DNA from: Fimbriimonadales bacterium
GTDB taxonomy: Bacteria; Armatimonadota; Fimbriimonadia; Fimbriimonadales; GBS-DC
Length of the DNA: 64,000 bases
Direction of reading: 5' to 3'
NCBI GenBank assembly: GCA_025061985.1
Contig: JANXAW010000023.1
Location: forward strand, 13,168 to 77,167
The notes beneath the pieces were generated by a model. It did no database searches. It was not told the DNA's origin and saw only the letters and a program-made list of their open reading frames with translations. Position numbers and translations under genes: made by a program. Each line of letters begins with the position of its first letter. The stretch's first letter is position 1. Positions 18,674-28,400 of this stretch are shown here, in pieces.

Positions 18674-19770
18674 TGCAGTTTAGGCACAAGATAGCCGCTG
18701 AGGGTAGCTGTGAGTTCGCGAAAGAAAGCCGCCATAGCAGGCAAAAGCGCTTCGATTCGTGCTGCCAGCTCGCGCCACCCCTCCCAGCGCAAAAGCCAGT
18801 CACGCCAAGTGGAGGTGCTTTGCTTACCCTTCAGGTGGGTCTGCAGCCACTGCAGCACCTCGCTGGTTACGGTGAACCACTCGGTAGGTGGGGGCACGTG
18901 CCCGCCCTTGTACCACACAATCTTTTTCGGCTCGCTGGCTGCTGCGTGGAGCGCTTTGTTGGAGTCCACGGGCACAATATCGTCAGCGTCCCCGTTGACG
19001 AACAGCACGGGGCGTGGTGCAATTCGCCTAACCCAATGCACGGGGTCTACCACATCCATCACGCGTACCGCCTCTTCAATCTGCTTGGGGTTATCGCGAG
19101 CGACATCGCGCCAAACAGAAAGGGTGCTTTTCTCTATCAGGATTTTCCAGTTGCCGCCTGCCACCAGCAACACGGGGGCTTTGACTCGCTCATCCACCCC
19201 CGCAAAGATTGCCCCGATGATCCCGCCCATGCTCGCACCGATGTAGCCGATGCGGTCGGGGTCTATCTCCTTGCGCGTTTGGAGGTAGTCTAGCCCACGG
19301 CGCAGGTCGATCACGGTTTGAATTAGTGCATCACGGGCACGATAGGGGTACATTCCGAAAAGGGGTAAGTCGTCATTCGGTTTGCGCTCGCCGTGGTACT
19401 GGGCATCAATCGCGAACAAGGCATAGCCCGCCTGCGTCAGCGGGCCCCAAAGCATTTGGAACATCCGCTTGTCGCTTCCCAAGCCGTGCATTAGGATCAC
19501 GCACGGCAGCCGCTCTTCGCCCCGATTCTTGGGCAAGATCAAAAGGGCAGGCACGCGCTGGTCGCGCGCACTGCGATAAGTGACCTTGTACACTTGGTAC
19601 AGCGCTGTCTCCTCAATAAGGCTCTCCTGGGGGCTAAGCGGCAGGTTCTTATCATAGCCAAAGATGAGGTCAGCGTCGTACTTAGGGGCGTTTGTGGCTG
19701 TTTGGGCACAGCCTGGAGGCAACAGCACCAGCAACCCGCTTAGCGTCAACGCTCGCCATCTGTATCGCAT
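18670..19770 (-). CDS. secreted/lipoprotein alpha/beta hydrolase (dienelactone hydrolase / S9-like)
   Basis: Real start is M148 of the 513-aa track ORF: MRYRWRALTLSGLLVLLPPGC, a signal peptide with a lipobox-like Cys. Nucleophile elbow GASMGG, NGDADDIV and a GGH triad are present. Confidence 0.7.
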   Translation of the reverse strand: MRYRWRALTLSGLLVLLPPGCAQTATNAPKYDADLIFGYDKNLPLSPQESLIEETALYQVYKVTYRSARDQRVPALLILPKNRGEERLPCVILMHGLGSDKRMFQMLWGPLTQAGYALFAIDAQYHGERKPNDDLPLFGMYPYRARDALIQTVIDLRRGLDYLQTRKEIDPDRIGYIGASMGGIIGAIFAGVDERVKAPVLLVAGGNWKILIEKSTLSVWRDVARDNPKQIEEAVRVMDVVDPVHWVRRIAPRPVLFVNGDADDIVPVDSNKALHAAASEPKKIVWYKGGHVPPPTEWFTVTSEVLQWLQTHLKGKQSTSTWRDWLLRWEGWRELAARIEALLPAMAAFFRELTATLSGYLVPKLQ

Positions 19771-19787
19771 GGCTAATAGGATACCTG

Positions 19788-20541
19788 TCAAGCGAGGCTT
19801 TGCGCGAGTGGGGCAAACAGCAGTGGAGGTGGCTCGCGATAATCCACCCACCTCGGCGTACGCCCCGTCTTCATAGCACTGATTGAGTATTGCTTGTAAG
19901 TCTAAGGCAACCACGCCCTCGCCGATTGCCAGCGGGATAGGGATTATGGGCAGCCGCTCGCGCACTGTGCGTGGGTACAGCAGGAAGTGTTCAGGTTCAT
20001 CCGCGCGGCTGATGCTAATCAGATAATGCCACGGCTGGCGCACCTGCTCACGCAGGCGACTCAACGGTGCAGCAAGCGTGTACTCGCCATCGCGTAGCAA
20101 GTCTATCTCCACAAGATGCACATCGCTTTTGAGAGTTTCAGCTTGCTTGCGCAGGTACAAGGTGTGCCCTGCGGAATGGGGGGTCTTTATTGGTGGGGCT
20201 GAGAACCTCAATCACTGTTACAAGACGCATTCCATGGTCTCGGTCAAGAATGTGGATGTAGCCCTCTGTATGGAGGCGCTCCTCAACCTGTAGCACCAGG
20301 GGTGGGTCGTAGGTGGCTTCCAGCACGGCAACGTCGCCCATGCGTGGCTCTAACCGCCGTCGCAGCGACACGTCGGGTTTGATTTCGCGCAGCGACTGCT
20401 CCACATAGACACGCTCAAAGTAGCGGGGCGCAAAAGTCGTTGCAAGGTGTTTGCGATGTAGGTAATCAGCCTGTGGTGAACGCCTTCCCACAGGCTCCTG
20501 CGCTCCAAGTAGGGGTTCATGCCGGGGAATGGGTTCGACAT
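19788..20541 (-). pseudogene. DUF4058 family gene disrupted by three frameshifts
   Basis: Pieces on different minus-strand frames join into one DUF4058 protein. They are MSNPFPGMNPYLE..WEGVHHRLI, then PRYFERVYVEQSL..PDVSL..VTVIEVLSPTNK, then HLVEIDLLRDG..RLPIIPIPL..LDLQAILNQCYEDGAY, then the tail DYREPPPLL ending at TGA 19788-19790. Two of the shifts fall in C4/C6 runs. Confidence 0.7.
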
Positions 20542-20564
20542 TGCCTGTGCCTTCTCCGCTGTGA

Positions 20565-21701
20565 TTATACCGAACTTGTGCTTAGCGCAGCCAGCACGCT
20601 TTCCAAGCGGATGCCGCACGCCTCCAGCGTTTGGCGAAGGAGCGCATCGCGCTCAGCGCGGGTATCGGCGCGTATGGTGATGTGCCCCAGTTTCCTGCCA
20701 GGGCGGGGGGATTTGCCGTACAGGTGCAAGTGTGCGTTCGGAATGCGCAGTACCGCCTCTATAGGGGGCAGCTCGCCAATAAGGTTCACCATCGCAGAAT
20801 ACCCGCGGAGTGCCACGCTGCCAAGGGGCAAGCCCGTAATCGCGCGCACATGGTTCTCGAACTGGCTGGTTTCTGCGCCCTCAATGCTCCAATGCCCGCT
20901 GTTATGCACGCGCGGGGCGACCTCGTTCGCCAGCAGCTGCGTGCCCACTTGGAACATCTCTAACGCCACGACGCCTACGTACTCCAGTGTCTGCAACAAG
21001 CGTGTGAGGTAGTCGGTCGCGGTACGCCACAGGGCATCATCGGTAGGGGTTTCTGGTGGGTTCACGATGGAGACGCGCAAAATACCCTCCCGATGATGGT
21101 TTTCCACTAGCGGATAGAACGCCAGCTCGCCGCTCAAGCTGCGCACGCCAAGCACCGACACCTCGCGGTCAAACGCCACAAACGCTTCGGCAATCAGCGC
21201 GTGCGGTTGCAGCTGCTGAAGGAGTGTGTGGAACTCCTCGCGGGTGCGTGCCACGCCTTGCCCTTTGCCATCATAACCGAATCGGCGCGTTTTGACCACG
21301 CACGGCAAGCCCACCACCTCTAATGCAGCCTCAGGGCAATGCGGATCCACTGGTGCAAAGGCGGGGGTGGGCACGCCGATGGAGTTCAGAAACTGCTTCT
21401 CATACAAGCGGTCTTGGAACAACTCTAAGGCGCGTGGGGTGGGACGCACGGGAATGCGCTCGGCAAGCCAACGAGCGGTTTCTATAGGCACGTTCTCGAA
21501 CTCATACGTGATGCAAACCTTGCCCTCTGCAAGTCGGGCAAGGGTAGCGTGGTCATCGTAAGGTGCGCTAAGCAGCGACGCGACTTGCCCTGCGCAGGCG
21601 TCAGGGCTGGGGTCGTATAGCTCCGCTTGAATCCCCAGCGGGTAGGCTGCCAGCGCCAGCATCCGTCCCAGCTGCCCACCACCTAAGATGCCGATTTTCA
21701 T
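20565..21701 (-). CDS. purK: 5-(carboxyamino)imidazole ribonucleotide synthase
   Basis: Begins MKIGILGGGQLGRML with an ATP-grasp core, and lies adjacent to purE. Confidence 0.9.
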   Translation of the reverse strand: MKIGILGGGQLGRMLALAAYPLGIQAELYDPSPDACAGQVASLLSAPYDDHATLARLAEGKVCITYEFENVPIETARWLAERIPVRPTPRALELFQDRLYEKQFLNSIGVPTPAFAPVDPHCPEAALEVVGLPCVVKTRRFGYDGKGQGVARTREEFHTLLQQLQPHALIAEAFVAFDREVSVLGVRSLSGELAFYPLVENHHREGILRVSIVNPPETPTDDALWRTATDYLTRLLQTLEYVGVVALEMFQVGTQLLANEVAPRVHNSGHWSIEGAETSQFENHVRAITGLPLGSVALRGYSAMVNLIGELPPIEAVLRIPNAHLHLYGKSPRPGRKLGHITIRADTRAERDALLRQTLEACGIRLESVLAALSTSSV

Positions 21702-21703
21702 AC

Positions 21704-22210
21704 TTAGCCTGCCTCGCGAGGGTCAGGATGTTCCAGCACTGCTTGGGTCTGTTTGGCACGGTAGGCTTCCAGCGCCGCGCGGAACTGGGGATATTTGTTG
21801 GCTAAGATAGCGGTTGCCAACAAAGCTGCGTTGATTGCGCCCGCTTTGCCGATTGCCAGCGTGCCCACAGGCACGCCAGCAGGCATTTGCACAATCGAAA
21901 GCAGGGAATCCAGCCCCTTGAGCGCTTGGGATTCGATCGGCACGCCCAGTACGGGTAAGGTGGTCTTGGAGGCGGTCATGCCAGGCAGGTGCGCTGCGCC
22001 GCCAGCGCCTGCGATGATTACCTCCAGCCCGCGCTGCGCAGCAGTGCTGGCATACTCAAACATCTTATCAGGAGTGCGGTGAGCGGAGATGATTTGTACT
22101 TCGTAGGGCACGCCGAGCTGCTCTAAGGTCTCAACTGCATGGCGCATCGTTTCCCAATCGGAGCGCGACCCCATTATCACGCCCACCAGCGGTTGCATTG
22201 CCGCCTCCAC
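21704..22210 (-). CDS. purE: 5-(carboxyamino)imidazole ribonucleotide mutase
   Basis: Contains [17 protein letters not shown] and [11 protein letters not shown]. The alternative start M5 is at 22198. Confidence 0.9.
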   Translation of the reverse strand: MEAAMQPLVGVIMGSRSDWETMRHAVETLEQLGVPYEVQIISAHRTPDKMFEYASTAAQRGLEVIIAGAGGAAHLPGMTASKTTLPVLGVPIESQALKGLDSLLSIVQMPAGVPVGTLAIGKAGAINAALLATAILANKYPQFRAALEAYRAKQTQAVLEHPDPREAG

Positions 22211-22213
22211 GCC

Positions 22214-23011
22214 TTAGTAGCTGCCTCCTCCGCCAAAGTATTGCTCGAAGAACTTGCGCCCCATCTCAATCATTTCGCGCTGTTGTTCTGGAGGAAGCGT
22301 GAACCAATATTCCAAAGATAGGCGCATGCCCTCGAAAATCATTTGATTGCGGATGGCAGGGTCGGCGTTCATCCACATTTGGAAGCTGGCTTCCAACGCG
22401 CGCCGTCGCTCTTCGGGGGTCATGCGGCTCATTAGCTCCAGCATTTGGCGTTGCAGCTGGGCAAACTGGTCTAAGCGAGTGCCGCGCAGCTGCACTACGG
22501 GCTGGGGCGGGCGCGGGTTGAAAATCACGTACACTGGCTTAGCGTTGAATGGGGGCTGCATCTGCTCCAAAGTAGACTCTAAGTCGGAGGGCGCAGGGTA
22601 GTTCGCCACAAATGAGTGGAGGGTTGCCGAGCGTGGGTTGACCATAATCACGCCGCCGAGCTCAATACTCATAAGCGCGCGCACGGCGCTTAGAATCTGC
22701 TCAGGCTTTGGCTCCACGCCCAACAGCTTGTTGGTATACACCTTGCGCCACGTACTGCTTGGCACTTGAGCAGCCAGCTCATCGAGCGCTTGCTCTAGGG
22801 TAGTGGCTTTGGGGAGGCTAACGCGAGCCTCCAAAGTCGGGTCCAACACGATTTGTGCTTTGAACTTTTGGGCAAGCTCCTGAACAGCTTGACTGAGGGG
22901 AATGCGCCCATCATCTTGGGGGGCGGTGCTTCGTGGAGCGCGCCCGCTGGTCTGCGCCCCGCTCAGGGTTACAACCAACCCCAGCCCCATCAGCCAAAGA
23001 ACTCCTCTCAT
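22214..23011 (-). CDS. hypothetical secreted protein (C-terminal helical LTxxQ-like region)
   Basis: Start M20 (MRGVLWLMGLGLVVTLSGAQT, a signal peptide) is preceded by GGAGG. I recognise no family. It is the first gene of a unit with purE-purK (3-nt gap). Confidence 0.5.
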   Translation of the reverse strand: MRGVLWLMGLGLVVTLSGAQTSGRAPRSTAPQDDGRIPLSQAVQELAQKFKAQIVLDPTLEARVSLPKATTLEQALDELAAQVPSSTWRKVYTNKLLGVEPKPEQILSAVRALMSIELGGVIMVNPRSATLHSFVANYPAPSDLESTLEQMQPPFNAKPVYVIFNPRPPQPVVQLRGTRLDQFAQLQRQMLELMSRMTPEERRRALEASFQMWMNADPAIRNQMIFEGMRLSLEYWFTLPPEQQREMIEMGRKFFEQYFGGGGSY

Positions 23012-23092
23012 AGGTCGCCTCCGATGAGGTGGCAGGAGTGCATGCCAACCTCGCGAATATTGTACCATACCATCTGCGAGGTTCGCGCATGC

Positions 23093-23098
23093 TATAAT
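23093..23098 (+). promoter_or_regulatory. extended -10 (TGcTATAAT) promoter of the pilB-pilT-pilC-pilD unit
   Basis: TATAAT is preceded by TGc. A roughly 52-nt leader with AGGAG runs to ATG 23151. The divergent TACAAT (23059-23064, minus strand) serves the hypothetical-purE-purK unit. Confidence 0.5.
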
Positions 23099-23150
23099 AT
23101 CGAGTGCGAACTGTTGCAGCTGGCAGGGACAAGGGTAGGAGTGAGCATCG

Positions 23151-24917
23151 ATGGCAATGACACGACGAACGGCAGGCGACTACCTGCTGGAGAAGGGGAT
23201 TGTCACGCGCGAGCAGCTTGAGGAGGCGCGCCGCATCCAGCAGTCCACAGGCAAAGACTACCTGCGAGTGCTCATCGACCAGACGATTGTGAGTGAGCGC
23301 GATGCGTACGAGGCACGCGCCTACGAGCTGGGGATGCCTTTTGTAGACCTTGACCGCGTGCAACCCGACCCTTCTGCCGTAAACGTCGTCAAAGAACACA
23401 TCGCCCGACGCTACAACGTCATCCCCGTCAAGAAAGAGGGCAACATCCTTTACTTGGCGATGGCAGACCCCAGCAACGTAATGGCGATTGAAGACGTGCG
23501 TGTGAACTCCCGTTGCGTGGTACGCCCTGTAATCGCTGCACCTGGCGCAATTGAGGACGCTATCCGAAAGGCATATGGAGGCTCAGCAGTCGCTACCGAC
23601 GGCGCCACCCCCGCTACAACTGAGGGGGGCGCTCCCGTGCGCCAGCAGGACTTCAAAGGCTCAGTGATGGCGGATGTCGCCGTCTACGGCGTGCGCGAAG
23701 AGATGGAAGAAGACGAGAAAGCCGTCCTGCGCGAGGTCGAAGAAGGTCCCATCGTGCGCGTGGCGGATATGATCATCCGCCAAGCCATCAACGAGCGCGC
23801 CAGCGACATTCACGTGGAGCCGCAAGCGCGCAACCTGCGCATCCGCTTCCGTATCGACGGCGTGCTGCACGAGATTTTGACCCTGCCTAAGTATGTGCAA
23901 GCTCCGCTCATCTCCCGCTACAAAATCATGGCGGATATGAACATCGCCGAAAAACGCCTACCCCAAGACGGTCGCATCCCCATCCGCCATCAAAACAAGG
24001 AGTACGACTTGCGCGTGTCAACGATCCCCACACCCCACGGCGAGAAGATCGTAATGCGCATTCTTGATAAAAGCAGCGTGCTACTGGGCTTGAACAAGCT
24101 GGGCTTTACGCCCGAAACCCAAGCACGCCTGGAAGAGCTGATTATGCAGCCTCAGGGGATGATACTCTCCACAGGCCCCACAGGTTCAGGCAAAACCACC
24201 ACTCAGTATTCAATACTTCACAAGCTCAACTCCGTCGAAAAGAACATTCTAACCATAGAGGACCCGATAGAGTATCAGCTGCCAGGAATTTCGCAGGTGC
24301 AAGTAAACCGCAAAGCAGGGCTGACCTTTGCGAATGCGCTGCGTGCGTTCTTGCGCCAAGACCCCGACATCATCATGGTGGGCGAGATGCGTGACCTAGA
24401 GACGGCAGAGGTTGCCATCGAAGCTGCTCTCACAGGGCACTTGGTGCTGTCCACGCTGCACACCAACGATGCCCCCTCTGCTGTGATCCGCTTGATCGAT
24501 ATGGGCGTAGAGCCGTACTTGATTGCAGCGACCGTAACAGGCGTGCTGGCACAACGCTTAGCACGGCGCGTCTGCCAGCATTGCAAGGAGCCGCGCGAGA
24601 TTCGTGCTGCTGACCTGCGCGCCTTCGGCTTCCAAGTAGAAGACCCCGACCAAGTGGTCACCATTTGGGAGGGCGTGGGTTGCGAAGAATGTCGCTACCG
24701 CGGCTACAGCGGACGCATTGGAATTTTTGAGCTGATGGTAGTAAACGACGAAATCGCTGAGCTAATCGTGCGCCGCGCACCCCTTGCCGACATCAAAGAA
24801 GCCGCTAAAGCCAACGGCATGAAGGAGCTGCGCGAAGACGGCTTGATCAAAGTATTGGAAGGCATCACAACGCCTGACGAAGTGCGACGCGTAGTCTTCA
24901 CCGCAGGACACTACTAA
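23151..24917 (+). CDS. pilB: type IV pilus assembly ATPase PilB (GspE family)
   Basis: Has an N-terminal MshEN-like domain, Walker A GPTGSGKTTT, an Asp box and the tetracysteine CQHC...CEEC. Confidence 0.9.
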   Translation: MAMTRRTAGDYLLEKGIVTREQLEEARRIQQSTGKDYLRVLIDQTIVSERDAYEARAYELGMPFVDLDRVQPDPSAVNVVKEHIARRYNVIPVKKEGNILYLAMADPSNVMAIEDVRVNSRCVVRPVIAAPGAIEDAIRKAYGGSAVATDGATPATTEGGAPVRQQDFKGSVMADVAVYGVREEMEEDEKAVLREVEEGPIVRVADMIIRQAINERASDIHVEPQARNLRIRFRIDGVLHEILTLPKYVQAPLISRYKIMADMNIAEKRLPQDGRIPIRHQNKEYDLRVSTIPTPHGEKIVMRILDKSSVLLGLNKLGFTPETQARLEELIMQPQGMILSTGPTGSGKTTTQYSILHKLNSVEKNILTIEDPIEYQLPGISQVQVNRKAGLTFANALRAFLRQDPDIIMVGEMRDLETAEVAIEAALTGHLVLSTLHTNDAPSAVIRLIDMGVEPYLIAATVTGVLAQRLARRVCQHCKEPREIRAADLRAFGFQVEDPDQVVTIWEGVGCEECRYRGYSGRIGIFELMVVNDEIAELIVRRAPLADIKEAAKANGMKELREDGLIKVLEGITTPDEVRRVVFTAGHY

Positions 24918-24937
24918 GAAGGAGGTCTCAACAAGCG

Positions 24938-26131
24938 ATGAATATGCAACCAAAACCCTATAACCCAGCAAACGGAGGTAGCACACCTGCAGCGCCTGCA
25001 GCCCCCTCCGTTGGGCAACCGCGTAGTCTTGACGATATTCACATCGACGAGCTACTCTACATCGTAACGGAAAAAGGCGCGTCAGACCTGCACCTGTGCC
25101 CGTACGTGGAGCCAGTCATTCGCGTCGACGGGCAACTTATCCGCCTCAACTACGAAAAAGCAACACCTCAACACACTCAACGACTCATCTACGACATCCT
25201 TACCGATGAACAAATTCAGCGGTTTGAAACCAATTTTGAGTTGGATTTCTCCTACAGCCTTTATAAGGTCGCGCGTTTCCGCGTGAATGTGTATAAGGAC
25301 AAGGGGGCTGTGGCCGCGGCGTTCCGTCTAATTCCTGCCCGCGTGCCCACCATCCGCGAGCTGAACCTACCCCCAATTCTGGAAGACCTGACTCGTCGCC
25401 CTCGCGGACTGATTTTGGTGACTGGTCCTACGGGTTCAGGCAAGTCCACCACGCTTGCTGCGATGGTCAACCAAATCAACTCCGAACGCAGCGCGCACAT
25501 TATTACCATCGAAGACCCCATTGAGTACCTGCACCAGCATAAGCTTAGCATTATCAACCAGCGAGAGCTTGGGCAAGACACCAAATCGTTTGCGGCGGCG
25601 CTGCGCTCCGCTTTGCGAGAAGACCCCGACGTTATCTTGGTGGGCGAGATGCGCGACCTGGAAACGATCCAGTTAGCCATTACCGCAGCCGAAACAGGGC
25701 ACTTGGTGTTGGCGACCTTGCACACAAACAACGCCGCCGAGTCCATTGACCGCATCGTGGACGTGTTCCCGCCCGGGCAGCAAGAGCAGATTCGCATTCA
25801 GCTAGCGAACAACCTGCAAGCGATTATTAGCCAGCAACTGCTGCCGCGTGCAGGACAACCAGGACGCGTGCCAGCAGTGGAGGTGATGATCGCTACGCCC
25901 GCTATTCGAAACCTCATTCGCGAAAACAAGACTCACCAAATCCACACCATCATTCAAACCAGCGGGCAGTTAGGCATGCAGACGATGGATCAATCGTTGC
26001 GCGACCTCTACCTCAAAGGTTGGATCACCTACGAGGAAGCGATGTCGCGCGCAATCAACCCCGACGAGCTGCGCAAGATGATTGCGCCCACAACGGGCAC
26101 GACCAGCCCCGTGCCCCCACGAATGCGCTAA
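24938..26131 (+). CDS. pilT: type IV pilus retraction ATPase PilT
   Basis: Contains GPTGSGKSTT, AHIITIEDPIEY and GHLVLATLHTN, plus a roughly 35-aa Pro/Ala-rich N-terminal extension. Confidence 0.9.
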   Translation: MNMQPKPYNPANGGSTPAAPAAPSVGQPRSLDDIHIDELLYIVTEKGASDLHLCPYVEPVIRVDGQLIRLNYEKATPQHTQRLIYDILTDEQIQRFETNFELDFSYSLYKVARFRVNVYKDKGAVAAAFRLIPARVPTIRELNLPPILEDLTRRPRGLILVTGPTGSGKSTTLAAMVNQINSERSAHIITIEDPIEYLHQHKLSIINQRELGQDTKSFAAALRSALREDPDVILVGEMRDLETIQLAITAAETGHLVLATLHTNNAAESIDRIVDVFPPGQQEQIRIQLANNLQAIISQQLLPRAGQPGRVPAVEVMIATPAIRNLIRENKTHQIHTIIQTSGQLGMQTMDQSLRDLYLKGWITYEEAMSRAINPDELRKMIAPTTGTTSPVPPRMR

Positions 26132-26146
26132 GGAGGCGAGTAGGAC

Positions 26147-27370
26147 ATGCCGTATTTCAACTACACTATTCGGGACGCAAGCGGTCAAACCCGCTCGGGC
26201 AGGGTGGAAGCGCCTAATGCCGAAGAGCTGCGCAAGCGGCTTCAAGCAGAGGGCTACCAGGTAGTGGAAATCAGCGAAGACCGCAAAGCACCGCGTGTAC
26301 CCCCTGGAGGTTATGGGCGAGTCAAGCTCAGCGACCTAGCAATTTTTGCCCGCCAGTTCGCCACGATGTTGGATGCAGGCGTGTCGCTCATTCGCTGTTT
26401 AGACGTGCTCCAAGCGCAAACCAACAACGCTCGCCTGCGCAAGATTTTGATAGACCTATCCACGCGCGTAGAGTCGGGCGAGAGCCTCTCGCGCGCCATG
26501 TCACGCCATCCCAAAGCGTTCAACCAGCTGATTATTGGTCTTATTCGCGCCGGTGAAGTGGGTGGCGTGCTGGAAGAGTCGTTGCAGCGCATCGCCGCGT
26601 TCCTTGAGAACGACTTGCGACTGCGCCGCAAAATCCGCTCTGCGATGACTTACCCTGTTATCGTGTTGCTGGTGGCAATAGGGATTGTGATTTTCTTGGT
26701 GTCGTGGTTGGTGCCTAAGTTTGCCGAACTGTTTAGAGAGTTGGGCATTAGGGACCTGCCTGCGCCCACCCAGTTCTTGGTGGACCTTAGCGCGCTGTTT
26801 ACCCAGCGCTGGTATGTGCTAATCATTGCGGTAGTAGCGATCGTCGTCGCGTACAAGCTGTTTGTAAGCACGCGTGTGGGGCGGCGCGTAGCTGATCGGG
26901 TCAAGCTACGTGTGCCCGTGTTTGGACCGTTGCACCACAAAATCGTGATGGCGCGCTTTAGCCGCACGATGGGCACGCTGCTAGCGTCTGGCGTGCCAAT
27001 TTTGCAAGCGCTGGAGACAGTGGCGGGCGTGGTGGGCAACGCCGTGGTCGCAGATGCGGTTATGGAATCGCGCTCACGCATTCGTGAAGGGGAACGTATC
27101 GCCGACCCCCTGCAACGGAGCAAGATGTTCCCACCTATGGTTGTTCACATGGTCAGCGTGGGCGAAGAATCTGGCTCGCTGGATCACATGCTCAACAAGA
27201 TCGCCGACTTTTACGAGAACGAGGTCGAGATGACGGTCGCTAGCCTCACGGCTGCGATTGAGCCAGTAATGATCGTGATCCTGGGCTTCATCGTGGGCTT
27301 TATCGTAATCTCGATGTTTTTGCCGATGATTGAGGTCATCCAGAAGCTGAGCCAGCAGCAAGGCGTTTAG
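26147..27370 (+). CDS. pilC: type IV pilus platform protein PilC (GspF family)
   Basis: 407 aa with two GspF repeats (FARQFATMLDAGVSL / FSRTMGTLLASGVPI) and three TM segments. Confidence 0.9.
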   Translation: MPYFNYTIRDASGQTRSGRVEAPNAEELRKRLQAEGYQVVEISEDRKAPRVPPGGYGRVKLSDLAIFARQFATMLDAGVSLIRCLDVLQAQTNNARLRKILIDLSTRVESGESLSRAMSRHPKAFNQLIIGLIRAGEVGGVLEESLQRIAAFLENDLRLRRKIRSAMTYPVIVLLVAIGIVIFLVSWLVPKFAELFRELGIRDLPAPTQFLVDLSALFTQRWYVLIIAVVAIVVAYKLFVSTRVGRRVADRVKLRVPVFGPLHHKIVMARFSRTMGTLLASGVPILQALETVAGVVGNAVVADAVMESRSRIREGERIADPLQRSKMFPPMVVHMVSVGEESGSLDHMLNKIADFYENEVEMTVASLTAAIEPVMIVILGFIVGFIVISMFLPMIEVIQKLSQQQGV

Positions 27371-27377
27371 ACCCTCG

Positions 27378-28400
27378 ATGTTGCCCAGCTGGAGCCTTGT
27401 GTTTGGCATCGTGTTCGGGGCAGCGGTCGGCAGCTTTTTGAATATGCTGGTCTACCGCCTGCCCCGAAATCTTTCGATAGTGTTCCCGCCGTCGCATTGT
27501 CCTGCGTGTGGGCATCGGCTAGGTGTGCTGGATCTTGTGCCACTGCTAAGTTACCTCTTTCTGCGTGGTAGGTGTCGCTATTGCCGCGCGCCTATCCCCA
27601 TTCGCTACTTTCTGGTGGAGGCGTGGAATACAGCGCTGTGGGCATGGCTATGGCATCAGTGGCTGATTGCAGGCGACTTACCCCTACGCTTCGTGATTTA
27701 CGCCTTTGCTAGCTCTGTGCTGATTGCTATCTTTTTTATTGACCTTGAGCACTATCTTATCCCCGACGAGTTGAATGTGGCGCTGCTGATTTTGGGCTTG
27801 CTGCATGCGGGGCTACTTGCAGGAGCTGCTACGGACTGGAGCTGGGCGTCGTTAGGGGTGCTAAGTTTCCGAAACGCTGTGTTAGGCGCGTTGGTGGGGG
27901 CAGGGCTGTTGAGCCTGATTGCGATTTTGGGGCGCGTAGGGCTACGCAAGGACGCGATGGGGCACGGCGACATCAAGTTAGCGCGTGGGATGGGCGCACT
28001 GCTACTTGCTCCGGGAATGCTTACCGCTTTTGCGCTGGCGATTGCGCTGGGCGCAACCATAGGTGGAATATGGACGCTGCTCCGCTACCGTAAGGCGCCC
28101 GCTAACGCATCCACGTTGGAGCTGCCCGAGCCTGAACCTGAGCCTATAGCGAGCCTTGTCCTTGCGTGCGCTCTGTATATGCTGTGGGTAGACGCCCTGC
28201 TTACGCTTTTGCCACAGCGCGTGCAACAGCGCGTATATGCCTTGTTAGGGCAAGCAGAAGAGGTAGAGGAGCCGTTTGTAGAAACACCTCATACGCTACC
28301 GTTTGGCCCGTTTCTGTCGCTGGGTACGCTAATGGTTCTGCTGTTTGGCGAGGTGTTTGCGGGGTGGGTGCGGGCTTACTTGGAGTGGGCGGGGCTGTGA
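27378..28400 (+). CDS. pilD: prepilin peptidase / N-methyltransferase PilD (A24 family)
   Basis: Contains CPACGH..CRYC, IDLEHYLIPD, GHGDIKL and LPFGPFLS. It carries an extra roughly 60-aa segment before the last motif (see findings). Confidence 0.85.
   Translation: MLPSWSLVFGIVFGAAVGSFLNMLVYRLPRNLSIVFPPSHCPACGHRLGVLDLVPLLSYLFLRGRCRYCRAPIPIRYFLVEAWNTALWAWLWHQWLIAGDLPLRFVIYAFASSVLIAIFFIDLEHYLIPDELNVALLILGLLHAGLLAGAATDWSWASLGVLSFRNAVLGALVGAGLLSLIAILGRVGLRKDAMGHGDIKLARGMGALLLAPGMLTAFALAIALGATIGGIWTLLRYRKAPANASTLELPEPEPEPIASLVLACALYMLWVDALLTLLPQRVQQRVYALLGQAEEVEEPFVETPHTLPFGPFLSLGTLMVLLFGEVFAGWVRAYLEWAGL

Noticed and set aside
18670-20211. 513-aa ORF taken as one protein
   Set aside because: Its first 147 residues are the C-terminal part of the frameshifted DUF4058 gene reading through into the next gene. 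The hydrolase has its own Met plus signal peptide at 19770.
22211-23150. Riboswitches (purine/ZTP upstream of purE, c-di-GMP upstream of pilB)
   Set aside because: purE is only 3 nt downstream of the preceding gene. The pilB leader is about 52 nt and lacks the conserved cores of these riboswitch classes.
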